DNA of 41,536 bases from the IMG/VR virus record IMGVR_UViG_3300045988_040573; one strand, written 5' to 3'. Numbering within the stretch: position 1 is the first letter of the stretch; the number at the start of each line of letters is the position of its first letter. A program made the position numbers and the translations under genes. The notes beneath the pieces are model-generated. The model did no database searches. It was not told where the DNA came from and saw only the letters and a list, made by a program, of their open reading frames with translations. Of the stretch, positions 41,406-41,536 are shown in pieces. Origin of the DNA: a virus.

Positions 41406-41536
41406 ATGCTGAATGTTGTTGCAATCATGGGCCGCCTTGCGCGTGACCCGGAGCTTCGCCAGACTACGACGGGCAAGAATGTTGCGTCGTTCCGCATCGC
41501 CTGTGATCGCGGACGCCGTGACGCCAACGGCCAGAG
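41406..41536 (+). CDS. ssb: Single-stranded DNA-binding protein, N-terminal part (continues at 56 after removing the terminal repeat)
   Basis: RBS tgaggtga. MLNVVAIMGRLARDPELRQTTTGKNVASFRIACDR is the canonical SSB N-terminus. Confidence 0.9.
   Translation, partial: MLNVVAIMGRLARDPELRQTTTGKNVASFRIACDRGRRDANGQ
41482..41536. repeat. Terminal direct repeat identical to 1..55
   Basis: Exact 55-nt identity with the start of the window. Confidence 0.9.

Noticed and set aside
1-41536. Genome-wide stop-codon reassignment (TGA or TAG recoding), suggested by the in-frame TGA at 37454.
   Set aside because: TGA, TAA and TAG all terminate well-supported genes at positions consistent with normal protein lengths and with coupled downstream starts. 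Examples are rusA and the endolysin (both TGA), the Dit gene (TAG) and terL (TAA). The single internal TGA is a local event.

Overview
The window is a complete temperate siphovirus-type phage genome, assembled as a circle. Bases 1..55 are identical to 41482..41536, so the unique length is 41,481 bp, and the ssb gene runs across the junction. Nearly all genes are on the + strand.

Gene order:
- 1-4.9 kb: end of the replication/early module (SSB, RusA resolvase, HTH and zinc-ribbon ORFs, DUF551, and a sigma-70 region-4-like late regulator).
- 4.9-6.5 kb: a nearly ORF-free, structure-rich RNA island with tRNA-Thr(UGU) and tRNA-like elements, ending in a terminator.
- 6.5-27.8 kb: packaging, head, tail and lysis. 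This covers TerS, PBSX-type TerL, portal, MuF, scaffold, capsid, connectors, major tail protein, G/GT chaperones with a -1 slippery site, tape measure, Dit, Tal, BppU-like protein, tail-collar protein, a collagen-like fibre, an M23+GH25 endolysin and a holin.
- 28.0-31.4 kb: a terminator-bounded eight-gene accessory (moron) cassette of unknown function.
- 31.4-35.8 kb: attP (a tRNA 3'-end fragment flanked by GTGTGTACT arm repeats), a tyrosine integrase on the - strand, an AT-rich orphan island, and a CI/Cro-type switch with palindromic operators.
- 35.8-41.5 kb: early genes, including a hexapeptide-repeat protein, DUF1351, RecT, an MBL-fold hydrolase, a DnaD-like replisome organiser and a G39P-like loader.

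Most notable observations:
1. The tape-measure gene is interrupted by an ~870-nt group-I-like intron carrying an HNH homing endonuclease.
2. The RNA island upstream of terS contains anticodon-less tRNA-like elements and a ~390-nt GC-rich untranslated segment.
3. Two small proteins sharing an MGGRGSGS N-terminus flank a DUF4417 gene between the portal and MuF genes.
4. The moron cassette next to attP is uncharacterised.
5. A perfect 180-bp higher-order repeat sits inside an 18-nt-periodic gene.

The host is probably a Firmicutes/Clostridia bacterium; this is inferred from the gene families only. All homology statements come from motif recognition by eye, with no database search.
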